The notes beneath the pieces were generated by a model. The model was not told the DNA's origin. It saw only the letters and a program-made list of their open reading frames with translations, and searched no databases. Of a stretch of DNA of 64,000 nucleotides, positions 63,761-64,000 are shown piece after piece (position 1 is the stretch's first letter; every line of letters starts with the position of its first letter). Location: assembly GCF_009914755.1 (NCBI RefSeq), contig NC_060932.1; one strand, given 5' to 3'. This stretch comes from the human T2T-CHM13v2.0 reference genome, Homo sapiens. The translations under genes and the position numbers were made by a program.

Positions 63761-64000
63761 GGGCCAGGTACAGTGGCTCACACCTGTGATCCCAACACTT
63801 TGGGAGGCCCAGGTGGAGGATTGCTTGATCCCAGGAGTTCAAGATCAGCCCGGGCAACACAGGGAGACTCCATCTCTACAACAAATTTTAAAATTTAGCT
63901 AGACATGATGGTGCATTCCTGTGATTCCAGCTACTCAGGAGGCTGAGGTGGGAGAATCACTTGAGCCCAGTTGAGGCTGCAGTGAACTGTGTTCATGCCA
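63761..64000 (+). mobile_element. AluJ, cut by the window edge
   Basis: ggccaggtacagtggctcacacc... Confidence 0.9.

Overview
Hominoid (probably human) genomic DNA lying entirely inside the RAB2A gene on the + strand. The window starts in intron 1 (exon 1 and the promoter are upstream), contains coding exons 2-5 (36627-36698, 49789-49856, 61951-62033, 62466-62558; all AG/GT-bounded and in frame) and ends in intron 5. The rest is intronic and repeat-rich: about 40 Alus (mostly antisense), a 5'-truncated antisense SVA with a structured VNTR, MaLR/ERVL LTRs, L1/L2/CR1 remnants, and DNA transposons (MER85 piggyBac MITE, MER46 nested in MER44, MER30, MER5). Almost all ORFs in the supplied track are Alu/SVA-derived or chance frames. 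I see no evidence of a new multi-gene system. The best leads are a candidate 64-nt NMD-inducing cassette exon in intron 3, the SVA with a 254-bp higher-order VNTR expansion, and a MER85 inside an Alu. Repeat family names come from recalled consensus similarity, not a RepeatMasker run, and repeat boundaries are approximate.
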